Positions 48,389 to 57,716 of a stretch of DNA of 64,000 nt are shown here, piece by piece. Under the pieces are notes generated by a model that had not been told where the DNA came from, did no database searches, and saw nothing but the letters and a program-made list of their open reading frames with translations. The stretch is from IMG/VR virus record IMGVR_UViG_3300025325_000001; one strand, written 5' to 3'. The stretch comes from a virus. The number at the start of each line of letters is the position of its first letter. Within the stretch, counting starts at the first letter, position 1. A program made the translations under genes and the position numbers.

Positions 48389-48864
48389 GCATTCTCGATC
48401 TTAGCGATGCTGATACTAGTGGATTTCAGCCCATTCCGGCAGGTTCATACAATGCAACCGTCTTCGAGACTGACCAAGTTGAGACGCAAGGCGGGCCTGA
48501 CGCGAAGTTGCCCGCTGGAGTCAAGATGGCAAAGATTCGCTTTGCCGTGCAGGACGAGCCACACGTCGGACATCCTCTGTTCACAAACTACCCTCTACCC
48601 AATGAAGAGGAACAGCCTGACGCGCAGAAGCGTGCTCGTTCTCTTGGTAGTTTCGTGAACTTCTTGGTTGCACTCGGCTACGACGAGGCTAAGATTAAGT
48701 CTAAGGGCTTCGATCTCGAAAACCTCAGTGAGCTTGAGGGCAAGGAATGTGTAGTCCGCGTCGCTATTGGGAGCTATCAGGACGAACCTACTAACGTCGT
48801 GAAGGGTGTCAAGCCCGCCGGATCTCCCACAAGTTCGGCACAGCCCGACTCAGGAATTCTTTAG
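48385..48864 (+). CDS. DUF669-like (putative ssDNA-binding) protein (159 aa)
   Basis: ORF track. AAAGGAG upstream. N-terminal FQPIPAGSYNATVFE pattern and position after the Sak4-like ATPase. Confidence 0.7.
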   Translation: MSILDLSDADTSGFQPIPAGSYNATVFETDQVETQGGPDAKLPAGVKMAKIRFAVQDEPHVGHPLFTNYPLPNEEEQPDAQKRARSLGSFVNFLVALGYDEAKIKSKGFDLENLSELEGKECVVRVAIGSYQDEPTNVVKGVKPAGSPTSSAQPDSGIL

Positions 48865-48913
48865 CCCAGATATCCGTCGTGCGTGCTATTCTTAAATAGC
48901 GGCGGATCGAATA

Positions 48914-48955
48914 GAGGGGGTAGATGCACTTTGCGCGTACCAAAGCTACCCCCTC
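48914..48955 (+). terminator. 10-bp GC-rich hairpin with 22-nt loop
   Basis: GAGGGGGTAG...CTACCCCCTC. A smaller hairpin GCTATT-ctta-AATAGC lies just upstream. Confidence 0.35.
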
Positions 48956-48973
48956 CTCGCCCTTGGAGGAAAA

Positions 48974-49123
48974 ATGGAAGCTAGTCAACAGGAGCAGATT
49001 GGACAAGCAATCTCTGAGCTAAAGAAACTCTATCCAAACATGAGCGCTTGTGAACGTGCCGACCTTGTACTCTCGAATAAATTTCTAACATTGGCTGTGA
49101 ATAACGGACGTAAGTGGCGGTAG
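48974..49123 (+). CDS. hypothetical protein (49 aa)
   Basis: Own translation MEASQQEQIGQAISELKKLYPNMSACERADLVLSNKFLTLAVNNGRKWR; TTGGAGGAAAA upstream. Confidence 0.45.
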   Translation: MEASQQEQIGQAISELKKLYPNMSACERADLVLSNKFLTLAVNNGRKWR

Positions 49124-51264
49124 TAAGCGATCAAGAATTACGAGTTGACTTCTTCAAATTTCTGTTCGGGAGCAAACGCGGTTACATTTGCATAGCTACT
49201 GACGCTGCCGTAAAGGGCGATTTCAAACAGCGATTTTTTCAATGGCCGACTGAAGAGTCGGCTATGCTGACCCATATTGCAAAGGCGCGTCATAACAGAA
49301 ATGTTTGGTTCTGCGTTAATCTTCTGAAACGGAAAGATCGAGGGAAGGAAGCTTGTCTTGCGGGGAACCTGCTATGGGCAGACCTTGATGAATGCCCACC
49401 GGATATCATCGAACCCCATCCACAGGTGGTCATTGAATCATCGCCCGAGCGATACCAAGCGATCTGGCTTGTAGATGAGGAGCTTGAACCGCAGATCGCC
49501 GAAGACTATTCAAGGCGTATATATACACAGTATAAGGACAACGGCGTCGATTCAGGTTGGGCACTTGGCAAACTCCTCCGCGTACCCTACACATACAATC
49601 TCAAGTACGATTCCAAACCGCTCGTTACTCTCAATCGCACTCTCAATGCATTGCTTCCTCCTGAGCTATTCGAAGCTCTTACAAAAACTCCCGATATCAT
49701 TGCAGAGGATGAAGGTCTGCCGGAGCTTCAGGATGCAGACGAAATCATCGCAAGACATTTCGTGCAACTGCGGGAGCATCATTTCTCAGGGGTATGGGGC
49801 TATGAAGCCACAGAGGACGATGATTGGTCGGGGCTTCTCTGGAACCTCATTCATATCTGCTTTGAGGCAGGACTTACAACTGAGGAAACTTATTCCGTTG
49901 CGAGCGCCTCTACTCTTAACAAGTACCGGCGCGATAATAGACCCGCACGTTATCTCTGGCGCGACGTTACTAAGGCTGCCAAGCTGCAAGAGGGTCTCAA
50001 TGCGTTCTCGCGTCCTTTTGACATGCCTGAGCTTATTCCTGGAGAGCGCTATAAGCTCGGGCAGAGAACGTTTGTTGAGGAGTATGCCGCATGGGGCCGT
50101 GAAGCCACCGACGCCTGCCCACAATACCATGATCTCACAGCGTTCATGCTGCTCTCTTCATTGCTTGCGGGCAACATCAAACTGGAAACATCATATGGCA
50201 AGATCAGGCCGAATCTATGGGGGTTAATTCTTGGAGACTCTACACTTACCCGTAAGTCCACAGCAATGCGCATGGGAATGGATGTCATCGACTTCATTGA
50301 TCGTGATATCTTACTCGCCACCGATGGCTCTGTTGAGGGACTCCTATCAGGGCTGCAAGGTAGGCCCGGTCGCACTTCAATGTTCTTTAGGGACGAGATC
50401 GTTGGGTTCTTTGATTCCATCCGAAAAAAGGATTATCTCGCTGGAATGCCCCAGATGCTTACGCAGCTTTATGATGGAGGCTATATCGCTCGAAGATTAC
50501 GAAAAGAGCTTATCACCGTCTCTGATCCCATCTTCATCTTCTTCGGGGGCGGTATAAAAGACCAGATGTATACCGCTGTAGAGGAATCGTTTGTATATTC
50601 GGGATTTCTTCCGAGATTTCTCATTGTATCTGGCAATACCGATCTAAACCAGTATCGAGCTGAGGGACCGCCGACTCCTGAGATTATCGAGAAGCGGCAG
50701 AAGATTTACAATCGTCTCCACAATCTCTACCACAATTATGTCGCGATGAAAGATGTGGAAATTCTTGGTGAAACCGCACAAATGCCGCAAGATGTAGAGG
50801 CCGTGCTCACGAAGGATGCGTGGAAGCTTTACAATGAGATCGAGCGCCGCGTGATCGAAGCGGCGACGCTTTCACCTAATCCTTCGTTGATCCTTCCTAC
50901 TTTTGAGAGGCTGGTGCAATCGATGCGAAAGATGGCCGTTCTTATAGCAGCATCGAGCCACGATCCTGCGGATGGAAATATTGAAGTAGGTGAGAAAGAC
51001 ATTCGCAGGTCAGCGAAATACGCGCAAGAGTGGGGAAACTACACCATTGAGGTTCTCCTGAATATCGGTCAAACGGTTGCTCAGCGAAAGCTCGATAGGG
51101 CGCTCACCTATATTGTAGAGCGCCCTGGGGTCACGAGAAGTGCCGTAATGCGAGCACTCAATCTCTCTAAGAGAGAGATGCAGGAAATTGAAGAGACGCT
51201 CGATGCGAGAGGACAACTGCAAGTTGCCTCACAAGGTCGCGCAAGGCTCTATACCGCATTATGA
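49114..51264 (+). CDS. primase-polymerase-like N-terminal domain fused to a DUF3987/D5-like NTPase (716 aa)
   Basis: ORF track (GTG). NVWFCVNLL...LLWADLDECPP...ESSPERYQAIWLV looks like a prim-pol catalytic core. GLILGDSTLTRKST is a P-loop-like motif in the central domain. Domain names are from memory. Confidence 0.8.
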   Translation: MAVVSDQELRVDFFKFLFGSKRGYICIATDAAVKGDFKQRFFQWPTEESAMLTHIAKARHNRNVWFCVNLLKRKDRGKEACLAGNLLWADLDECPPDIIEPHPQVVIESSPERYQAIWLVDEELEPQIAEDYSRRIYTQYKDNGVDSGWALGKLLRVPYTYNLKYDSKPLVTLNRTLNALLPPELFEALTKTPDIIAEDEGLPELQDADEIIARHFVQLREHHFSGVWGYEATEDDDWSGLLWNLIHICFEAGLTTEETYSVASASTLNKYRRDNRPARYLWRDVTKAAKLQEGLNAFSRPFDMPELIPGERYKLGQRTFVEEYAAWGREATDACPQYHDLTAFMLLSSLLAGNIKLETSYGKIRPNLWGLILGDSTLTRKSTAMRMGMDVIDFIDRDILLATDGSVEGLLSGLQGRPGRTSMFFRDEIVGFFDSIRKKDYLAGMPQMLTQLYDGGYIARRLRKELITVSDPIFIFFGGGIKDQMYTAVEESFVYSGFLPRFLIVSGNTDLNQYRAEGPPTPEIIEKRQKIYNRLHNLYHNYVAMKDVEILGETAQMPQDVEAVLTKDAWKLYNEIERRVIEAATLSPNPSLILPTFERLVQSMRKMAVLIAASSHDPADGNIEVGEKDIRRSAKYAQEWGNYTIEVLLNIGQTVAQRKLDRALTYIVERPGVTRSAVMRALNLSKREMQEIEETLDARGQLQVASQGRARLYTAL

Positions 51265-51437
51265 CGGATAATGCAAGCAGAGAATTGGCTTGTTCTTTAG
51301 GGCAACACGAGTGGACCGTAGATCCTGAAGATATCCGCTTTCGTGAATGTGTATTCTGTGGAACAACTGAGTATCTTGGGAAGGAGGTCAAAAAGAGTGA
51401 TACCGGAGACAAGAAAAAGCGATCTGGAAAAGATTGA
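51261..51437 (+). CDS. 58-aa Cys-containing mini-protein
   Basis: Own translation MTDNASRELACSLGQHEWTVDPEDIRFRECVFCGTTEYLGKEVKKSDTGDKKKRSGKD. ATGA coupling. Overlaps the next start by 41 nt. Confidence 0.4.
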   Translation: MTDNASRELACSLGQHEWTVDPEDIRFRECVFCGTTEYLGKEVKKSDTGDKKKRSGKD

Positions 51438-51765
51438 AGCTGAGCTTAAGAAGGAAGTAGAAGCATGGAACGAACTTGGAATGTCCCTTGATGGAACAGT
51501 TCACGTTCCAGCCTCAATCTATTTCCTAAAGATGCAAGTGCAGACGATCATTAACTTTATGTTAGAGAAAGAGATTGCCGCCAATGAAGAATTTAATCTT
51601 GAGTTCAAGACGCTAATTTTGAACGATATGCGCAGAATGCGCGAAGAGAATGAGCCAAACATCAAAGAAGCAAGAAGGCAAGCAATTGTAGGAGGAGCTA
51701 AACCACAGATCGCGGTGCCAAAGATCAGGGTTCTTGGCAAAGATGGAAGAGAGTTGGACATATGA
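51397..51765 (+). CDS. hypothetical protein (122 aa)
   Basis: GTG 51397 inside ORF 51343..51765, 8 nt after GGAAGGAGG. Confidence 0.6.
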   Translation: MIPETRKSDLEKIEAELKKEVEAWNELGMSLDGTVHVPASIYFLKMQVQTIINFMLEKEIAANEEFNLEFKTLILNDMRRMREENEPNIKEARRQAIVGGAKPQIAVPKIRVLGKDGRELDI

Positions 51766-52379
51766 GCTTTCAGAGCCCTGCGCGTTGTAATCAAACCGTT
51801 CAGGTCACTGAAAATATGTTTGCCCCGTGTCATCTCCCGATGGGCCATGAAGGAGCGCACGAATCGCCACCACTTCCACAACAGGTGATGGAAACATTAG
51901 GGAAGGTATCTAGGGTGAGCGCTGAGGACGTGCGGCTCGTGCGGGAGGCACAACGTCTCACGCGGGAGTGGTTCGCGGACTGGACACTGCATCAGAAGGA
52001 CGACTGGCGTATCCGCTTACAACAGATCATGCCTGCCCTTGATGCTAGTGATGCTGCCCTCGCCCGCCTCGAAGCCCGCCTCGCGGAGGCTGAGCGGGAG
52101 CGGGACGACGCGGAGCAATCGTGGTCGATGTATGCAAAGGAGGCCGAAGACGCGAATACTCGCGCAGAAGAAGTCGAAGTCCGCCTCGCGCGGCTGGAGC
52201 GGATCGAGTCAAGAGCATGGGCGATTTTCAATCCTGATGGGACATTGGATCACGTTGAAGTTGCGAAGCTCAATGCTGACCTTCGCGTCCTCACCGCCAC
52301 CAAGGAAGGACTGCGCCTAACTCCGGGACAACGCAAGACGATAGAGCGCGCCGCCGCCGAGGAAGGAGCCGAAGATTAA
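51762..52379 (+). CDS. coiled-coil protein (205 aa)
   Basis: ORF track. Ala/Glu/Arg-rich heptad-like central region. Confidence 0.7.
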   Translation: MSFQSPARCNQTVQVTENMFAPCHLPMGHEGAHESPPLPQQVMETLGKVSRVSAEDVRLVREAQRLTREWFADWTLHQKDDWRIRLQQIMPALDASDAALARLEARLAEAERERDDAEQSWSMYAKEAEDANTRAEEVEVRLARLERIESRAWAIFNPDGTLDHVEVAKLNADLRVLTATKEGLRLTPGQRKTIERAAAEEGAED

Positions 52380-52748
52380 GTGGACATAGCAGAGTACCAA
52401 GCAGGTACAGCCGAGACAGTCATCTATCGAGATGGTATTGAAATTGCCATATTAAGTCCTCACGTCCTGAAATCCTGGCTAGCCCTTGATTACTGCACGG
52501 ACAAGCTAGTTAGCGAGGCTGCTGAACTCTCACAAGAAGTCTCGAAGGCATTGCGAGATGACGCCGCAATCATAACAAGCGAGCGCAAGGAAAAGATTTT
52601 CAAGGAGCTTGGTGACAATCAATGGTATGCTTCGCAAATTTGCAACGAGCTTGGCTTCAAACTTGAAGATGTGATGTACGTCAATCTAGCTAAACTCCGA
52701 GATCGCAAAGAGCGTGACATGCTTCAGGGCAGTGGCAGTAGTCGCTAA
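52380..52748 (+). CDS. mazG: MazG-like nucleoside triphosphate pyrophosphohydrolase (122 aa)
   Basis: KLVSEAAELSQEV...KELGDNQWYASQICNELGFKLEDVMYVNLAKLRDR fits the all-alpha NTP-PPase E..E...E..D pattern. GTG after TAA; GAAGGAG upstream. Confidence 0.8.
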   Translation: MDIAEYQAGTAETVIYRDGIEIAILSPHVLKSWLALDYCTDKLVSEAAELSQEVSKALRDDAAIITSERKEKIFKELGDNQWYASQICNELGFKLEDVMYVNLAKLRDRKERDMLQGSGSSR

Positions 52749-53064
52749 ACTATCCGAGCCGGTCAAGTATTGGAGGAACGAGAAGGGCAATTGGGTTCTC
52801 ACCGATGAGTGGAAAGAATGGATCAAAAAGCGACGTGCAGCGGAATCCAGGCCCAAGCCTGCCAAACGAAGCAACAAAGTAACCGTTGAGAATCATAAAG
52901 CCGCATGGAGGGAAGTAGCCTATCATCCAGATAGCGGGAAAAGGATTTACTTTTGCGGTTGTATGAGCATGCATGGCGATCCTTATAAGGGGTGCGGGGC
53001 AGTAGGAATTCAGCAAACACGTACATCGCAAATAATCGAGGTTAAAGGGTCGAGGTTTGAATGA
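52714..53064 (+). CDS. hypothetical protein (116 aa or shorter)
   Basis: ORF track. Overlaps the mazG-like 3' end by 35 nt; GTG 52732 is an alternative start. Confidence 0.55.
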   Translation: MTCFRAVAVVAKLSEPVKYWRNEKGNWVLTDEWKEWIKKRRAAESRPKPAKRSNKVTVENHKAAWREVAYHPDSGKRIYFCGCMSMHGDPYKGCGAVGIQQTRTSQIIEVKGSRFE

Positions 53065-53273
53065 GCGTTGAGTACGCGGACGGTACGCATGAAAATGATA
53101 GGCAGTTTTATACAATTTATGATGATATGCAAATGACGACCGTTGCAGCAAGGTTGGTTACGATCCCTATTTGTCCTGACCTTCTTGAGTACAACATGAT
53201 CGGAGAAGCAGACAACACGCGAGGCAGAACCGTTCGAGCATTCTTTTGGGTGATGAAGCTATGGCCCGTCTAA
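53061..53273 (+). CDS. hypothetical protein (70 aa)
   Basis: ORF track; ATGA coupling. Confidence 0.55.
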   Translation: MSVEYADGTHENDRQFYTIYDDMQMTTVAARLVTIPICPDLLEYNMIGEADNTRGRTVRAFFWVMKLWPV

Positions 53274-53812
53274 TCGGATTTACAGGTGTAAAGGGTTCCG
53301 GCAAAGATACTGCGGCCCAATTCCTCGTAGATCGGGGGTTCCAACGCATAGCGTTTGCCGGCAAACTCAAGGAGGCAGTAGCAAATCTATTCGGTTTGCC
53401 AACAGAGAGGATAGATCCGCTGAAGGAGATGAGCATTGTCTCTGGTCTTCCGGTTTGCGAAGTAATCCTTCAACAGTATAACATTACGGAGTATGCTTAT
53501 TCAATGCGTGAGTTCTTGCAACGTTTCGGAACCGAAATGGGTCGCAATACGTTTGGGCAAGATTTCTGGATCGATCTTGTGCTCTCTGACTTCCCGCGTC
53601 AAGACACGGTGTTCACCGACGTTCGTTTCGATAATGAAGCCACAAGAATCATTAGGTTTGGTGGTTGCGTATATGAGATTGTCCGCCCAGGGTATGAATC
53701 GGACGGCCATGCTTCAGAGGAACCAATCGATCGCAACCTTATAGAAGGAACGATTCAAAACGACGGCTCTATAGAAATCTTTAGGGAACGAATATTGGAC
53801 GAGTGTCTATGA
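53261..53812 (+). CDS. deoxynucleoside monophosphate kinase-like P-loop kinase (183 aa)
   Basis: ATG 53261 inside ORF 53246..53812. IGFTGVKGSGKDTAAQFL P-loop and FTDVRFDNEA motif are typical of phage dNMP kinases. Confidence 0.8.
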   Translation: MARLIGFTGVKGSGKDTAAQFLVDRGFQRIAFAGKLKEAVANLFGLPTERIDPLKEMSIVSGLPVCEVILQQYNITEYAYSMREFLQRFGTEMGRNTFGQDFWIDLVLSDFPRQDTVFTDVRFDNEATRIIRFGGCVYEIVRPGYESDGHASEEPIDRNLIEGTIQNDGSIEIFRERILDECL

Positions 53813-54048
53813 CTTCAAAAGACATTACCGATAGAGAGGTCCTAACCGAAGCGATCCGTCAGACAGAAGCCGATAGTGTCCTTGTCGGTTGGGTAATAAT
53901 TGCCGAGTTTATCGATGAGGAGGGTAATCGTACTCTTAGAAGGCTTGACTCCAACGCGAGCGGCGAAGGCTTGGTAGACTGGATACGCTCGGGTTATCTA
54001 TATGACGCTCTCTTTAGTGGCGGATGGGAAAGCGAAGACGATGAGTGA
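53803..54048 (+). CDS. hypothetical protein (81 aa)
   Basis: ORF track. Confidence 0.65.
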   Translation: MSMTSKDITDREVLTEAIRQTEADSVLVGWVIIAEFIDEEGNRTLRRLDSNASGEGLVDWIRSGYLYDALFSGGWESEDDE

Positions 54049-54232
54049 AGCAGAAAAAGTCTTCAAAAAAGCCGTGCAAGATTGCATCAGGTATGGCATT
54101 TATCCTGGTCCCCAGACGCTAAATGAGCTGATACATGGGCATCGAGGACGAAACATCAATGGAAGAGAATGCAGATGGAGACGTGAAATCTGCAAGGAGC
54201 TAGGATTTAAGCTGCATGGCTACAACTATTAA
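54041..54232 (+). CDS. hypothetical protein (63 aa)
   Basis: Internal ATG of ORF 54002..54232 (MSEAEKVFKKAVQDC...). Confidence 0.6.
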   Translation: MSEAEKVFKKAVQDCIRYGIYPGPQTLNELIHGHRGRNINGRECRWRREICKELGFKLHGYNY

Positions 54233-56588
54233 ACGCAAGCATCCACTTGCTGAGTGCGAAGTCTGCCCTCTCTATGAGAAGCCCTGTGCGAAATCACTGA
54301 TTCCTGCTAATCCTGTGGCTGCGGTTGTGGCTCGCTCACCAGGTTGGAAAGAGGCTAAGACAGGCGAGCCATTTACCGGACTCTCAGGGAGGGTTCTCAA
54401 TCATTTGTTGGAACAGAACGGAGTTAAACGCGAGGAGGTATTGCTTACCAATGTTGTCCTTTGTGCGCCAAATGAAGGTGAAGTACCGGGAGCGGCGATT
54501 AAAGCGTGCGCTCCACGCCTACGAGCGGAGTTGTCCGATTGTTCGCTTATTATTGCCGCTGGAAGAGAGGCGGTTAATCTGCTTGTCGGTAGAGGAGCTA
54601 TCGATCGTCACCGTGGATATAGGATTGCATCCAATGGAAAGACTCTTATTGCTACGAACAATCCCGCACTTGTCCTCAGAGACGACTCGACCTTTCCAAA
54701 CCTCAGAAAAGACTTCAAGAGGGCATTCCATCCTATCCCCGAACCCACTCTGCCACGAGTAGAGGTAATAGAAGATGCCGAGACCGCAGCAGCTTTCCTT
54801 AAAGATGTCCCGCCCGGTTCTGTCGCGGCAGATATTGAGTCTCGTGGCGGACTTTCTCATAGGGCCGAACTTGTATCCTTTCAAATTGCAATTGATGGAG
54901 GACTTGCAACTGTCTTCGGAGAGCGGGGAGGGCTATGGTTCGATACCGCTTTCATTAGAGATCACTTTCGACCCTTCCTCGAATCCAAAAACCACCGTTT
55001 CATTTGGCACAACGGAAAGTTCGACGTTAAAGTCCTCAGACATACCTATGGAATCCGAGCAAGAATAGATGAAGATACCATGCTGCTATCCTATGCGCTT
55101 GATGAGCGCTCGGGACAATCGGAGAAGCAGCACGGTGGATATCATAAGCTAGAATACCTGCTAGCCGAGGAGTTTGGATGGCCCAATTATGAGCCAGAAT
55201 CCGTCAAACAGTTTAAGAAAACCGGCATTGTTACCAATTACGACGAGTTACACACTTATGCCGGGAGGGATGCTAGTGGGACATATCAATTGTTTGAGCT
55301 TCTACCCGGACGAGTCAAGTCTGAAGAAACTGAACGTCCTTACCGAGAATTACTACTCGAAGGTGCGGAGGCTTGCTCGCGAATCGAAGTTGCAGGCTTT
55401 CGATACAACATAGTGGCGGCAGCCGATTTGATGGAAGAGGAAGTTCAGCCTGAGCTTGAGCGCAGGACTAAGAACATGCGGATGATTATTGATGATCCGC
55501 TTTTGAATCCGCGCTCGCCCAAGCAGATTTCCAACATCTTTTACAATCGCTGGAAGCTTCGACATGAGATGCAGTCTCGCCCTAATATGAAGGAATCTAC
55601 CGACGATGCCACGCTTAATGAGCTTACTGCCGGGCGTTTCGTGTCTAGGGCGGATGCTGACGTTACTACAATCAAGACTTTTGCTAAGGAGCTTAAACGC
55701 TTCAGAGAGCTTTCGAAGCAGGCGGATACCTATATTGTCGCGTTGGTCGAGAGGGCAGTTAATGACCCTGAGAATAGGCTCTATACGGATCTCCTTCTAC
55801 ATGGTACTACTAGTGGGCGGCTATCGTCGAGGAATCCAAATCTTCAGAATATCACCCGGACCAAACCCGGATTACCTGATATTCGACGCCTATTCCTTCC
55901 ATCACGGGGACGCCAGATTATACAGGCTGATTATAGCCAAGCTGAACTTCGTTGTATTGCGCACTTTTCTCAGGACAAAGAACTCCTACGAGTCTACACT
56001 GAAGACCTCGATCTCCATTCGGTAGCTGCTGAGAACTTCTATGGCCCTGACTTTATCCCTGAGCAGCGTAACCGCGCTAAGAACATGAACTTCGGTGTAG
56101 CTTACGGGCAGGGTGCTGCAACCTTCCAGGAGAAACATGAAATCCCTGAGAGAGAAGCGCAGAAGTTCATTGATTGGTGGTGGAGATACTTCTCAGGCGT
56201 AGCCGACTGGAAGCAGGAGATTATCAAGGAGATGCGGACGGGGTATGTAACGTCCCCGTTTGGAAGAAGGCGGCGTTTCTATCTTATCACGCCTGAGAAC
56301 AAGAACGCAATGATCCGTGAGGCCGTAAATTTCAAACCCCAATCCACAGCGGGTGACTTTACCCTACGATCTGTAATTCTGCTAGTAAAAGAGATCGATT
56401 GGAAGAAGGCAGCCATCGTCATCACAGTTCACGACAATATCGTGGGGGATGTGAAGGAGAGCTATATTGATGAGTACAAGGCCATTTGTGAGCAGATAAT
56501 GGTGAGCCGTCCTAGAGACGAGCTAGGTTGGACAATACCTTTCAAGATCGACATAGGAGTCGGGCCAAATTGGGCAGAAGCAAAATAG
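54216..56588 (+). CDS. family A DNA polymerase with 3'-5' exonuclease and an N-terminal UDG-like (family 4-like) domain (790 aa)
   Basis: UDG-like: CEVCPLY, SPGWKEAKTGEPFTGLSGRVL, NVVLCAP. Exonuclease: ADIES, HNGKFDVKVL, YAGRDA. Polymerase: DYSQAELRCIAHFS, RNRAKNMNFGVAYGQG, ITVHDNI. Confidence 0.95.
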   Translation: MATTIKRKHPLAECEVCPLYEKPCAKSLIPANPVAAVVARSPGWKEAKTGEPFTGLSGRVLNHLLEQNGVKREEVLLTNVVLCAPNEGEVPGAAIKACAPRLRAELSDCSLIIAAGREAVNLLVGRGAIDRHRGYRIASNGKTLIATNNPALVLRDDSTFPNLRKDFKRAFHPIPEPTLPRVEVIEDAETAAAFLKDVPPGSVAADIESRGGLSHRAELVSFQIAIDGGLATVFGERGGLWFDTAFIRDHFRPFLESKNHRFIWHNGKFDVKVLRHTYGIRARIDEDTMLLSYALDERSGQSEKQHGGYHKLEYLLAEEFGWPNYEPESVKQFKKTGIVTNYDELHTYAGRDASGTYQLFELLPGRVKSEETERPYRELLLEGAEACSRIEVAGFRYNIVAAADLMEEEVQPELERRTKNMRMIIDDPLLNPRSPKQISNIFYNRWKLRHEMQSRPNMKESTDDATLNELTAGRFVSRADADVTTIKTFAKELKRFRELSKQADTYIVALVERAVNDPENRLYTDLLLHGTTSGRLSSRNPNLQNITRTKPGLPDIRRLFLPSRGRQIIQADYSQAELRCIAHFSQDKELLRVYTEDLDLHSVAAENFYGPDFIPEQRNRAKNMNFGVAYGQGAATFQEKHEIPEREAQKFIDWWWRYFSGVADWKQEIIKEMRTGYVTSPFGRRRRFYLITPENKNAMIREAVNFKPQSTAGDFTLRSVILLVKEIDWKKAAIVITVHDNIVGDVKESYIDEYKAICEQIMVSRPRDELGWTIPFKIDIGVGPNWAEAK

Positions 56589-56646
56589 AGGCTCAACTAA
56601 CTATATTAATCGAGCAGTTGATTGGAGCCAAAGCGAGGATGCTTAA

Positions 56647-56865
56647 GTGAAAATTATTGATTGCCCTGACTGTGGTAGCGAAGTAGTCGAGTGCGATAAT
56701 AATGTTTACCTTGATTATCCATCCGTGTCCTATGATGAAGTTAAGGCACCTTGGACGATAATGCGGTTTAGCTCAATGGGAATAGCATCTGTAGGCGATC
56801 CATCACTGGATGGGAAAGGTCATTCGCTACACGGGCATCAGCCGACTGGGGGTGTTATGGCATGA
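56647..56865 (+). CDS. hypothetical protein (72 aa), CPDCGS
   Basis: ORF track; GTG start. Confidence 0.6.
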   Translation: MKIIDCPDCGSEVVECDNNVYLDYPSVSYDEVKAPWTIMRFSSMGIASVGDPSLDGKGHSLHGHQPTGGVMA

Positions 56866-57215
56866 AGTATCGCAAGAAGCCGGTAGAAGTTGAAGCATTG
56901 CTCTGGGATGGGACTTTGGGGAAAGAAAAGGCGATTAGAGCATTTGCCCAAGAAGCCGAGATGCAGTCGAGCGAGGCCGTCCTATGGTTCTCTTATGAGA
57001 CTATTCATATTCGAACTCTAGAGGGTGTTATGAAGGCTAATCTGGGCGACTGGATCATCAAGGGTATCAAAGGAGAGCTATATCCTTGCAAGCCAGATAT
57101 TTTTGAGGCAACTTACGAGCCTGTGATGGAGTACGCTACGAAGATGGTAGAGATTGCTCCTAATGTTTATCGGCCAGAGCGAGTTCCTATTGAGGAGCTG
57201 AACAGGAATGACTAA
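56862..57215 (+). CDS. conserved-looking phage protein (117 aa)
   Basis: ORF track. GGGGGTG upstream. YRKKPVEVEA...GDWIIKGIKGELYPCKPDIFEATYEPV is a pattern common in phage genomes; family not named. Confidence 0.7.
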   Translation: MKYRKKPVEVEALLWDGTLGKEKAIRAFAQEAEMQSSEAVLWFSYETIHIRTLEGVMKANLGDWIIKGIKGELYPCKPDIFEATYEPVMEYATKMVEIAPNVYRPERVPIEELNRND

Positions 57216-57579
57216 GCCGCTTAATACATCAGGACTACCGCCCGAACTTCATCTGGTAGGGATGCTAGGCGAGGGATATATCGAGCGCCAGGAGGCTACT
57301 GGACAAGCCGAGATGGTACTCAGCGACGTTCTACCCGTGAAGATTGGCTACGACGAGTCAGAAGAGGATTATGAAGCGCTTGGTATAAAGCTCGGAGCGG
57401 TTATCGATGCTGATCCGATCTTTCGCGATGCGACTCTCCCCGAAGGATGGAGTAGGCATGGCACTGACCATTCAATGTGGTCCTACATCGCGGACGAGAG
57501 TGGCAGGGAACGAATTGCGATCTTTTATAAAGCTGCTTTCTACGATCGTCGAGCTAACATGAGGATTGTAAGGGAATGA
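57208..57579 (+). CDS. hypothetical protein (123 aa)
   Basis: ORF track. Confidence 0.7.
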   Translation: MTKPLNTSGLPPELHLVGMLGEGYIERQEATGQAEMVLSDVLPVKIGYDESEEDYEALGIKLGAVIDADPIFRDATLPEGWSRHGTDHSMWSYIADESGRERIAIFYKAAFYDRRANMRIVRE

Positions 57580-57716
57580 ATCGAAACCTATCACTCGGTT
57601 GGCCTTGGACGCTGACTTCTATCTACAGTTCGTTTTGTCGGCTCTACCCGCATGAAGTAGCTACTCAATGGGGTGAAGCAACTTGGACGGCGCGCGATCT
57701 GTGGGAGGTTAAATGA
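57576..57716 (+). CDS. hypothetical protein (46 aa)
   Basis: Own translation MNRNLSLGWPWTLTSIYSSFCRLYPHEVATQWGEATWTARDLWEVK. ATGA coupling at both ends. Confidence 0.45.
   Translation: MNRNLSLGWPWTLTSIYSSFCRLYPHEVATQWGEATWTARDLWEVK

Noticed and set aside
49475-50227. 250-aa alternative-frame ORF inside the primase-helicase gene, and similar embedded ORFs (e.g. 54325..54762, 55606..56025, 47660..48124, 27213..27749, 25601..26002, 15936..16370)
   Set aside because: They lie wholly inside longer ORFs that carry recognisable motifs or better coupling. Their composition is skewed toward Ser, Arg and Leu, as is typical of off-frame translation.
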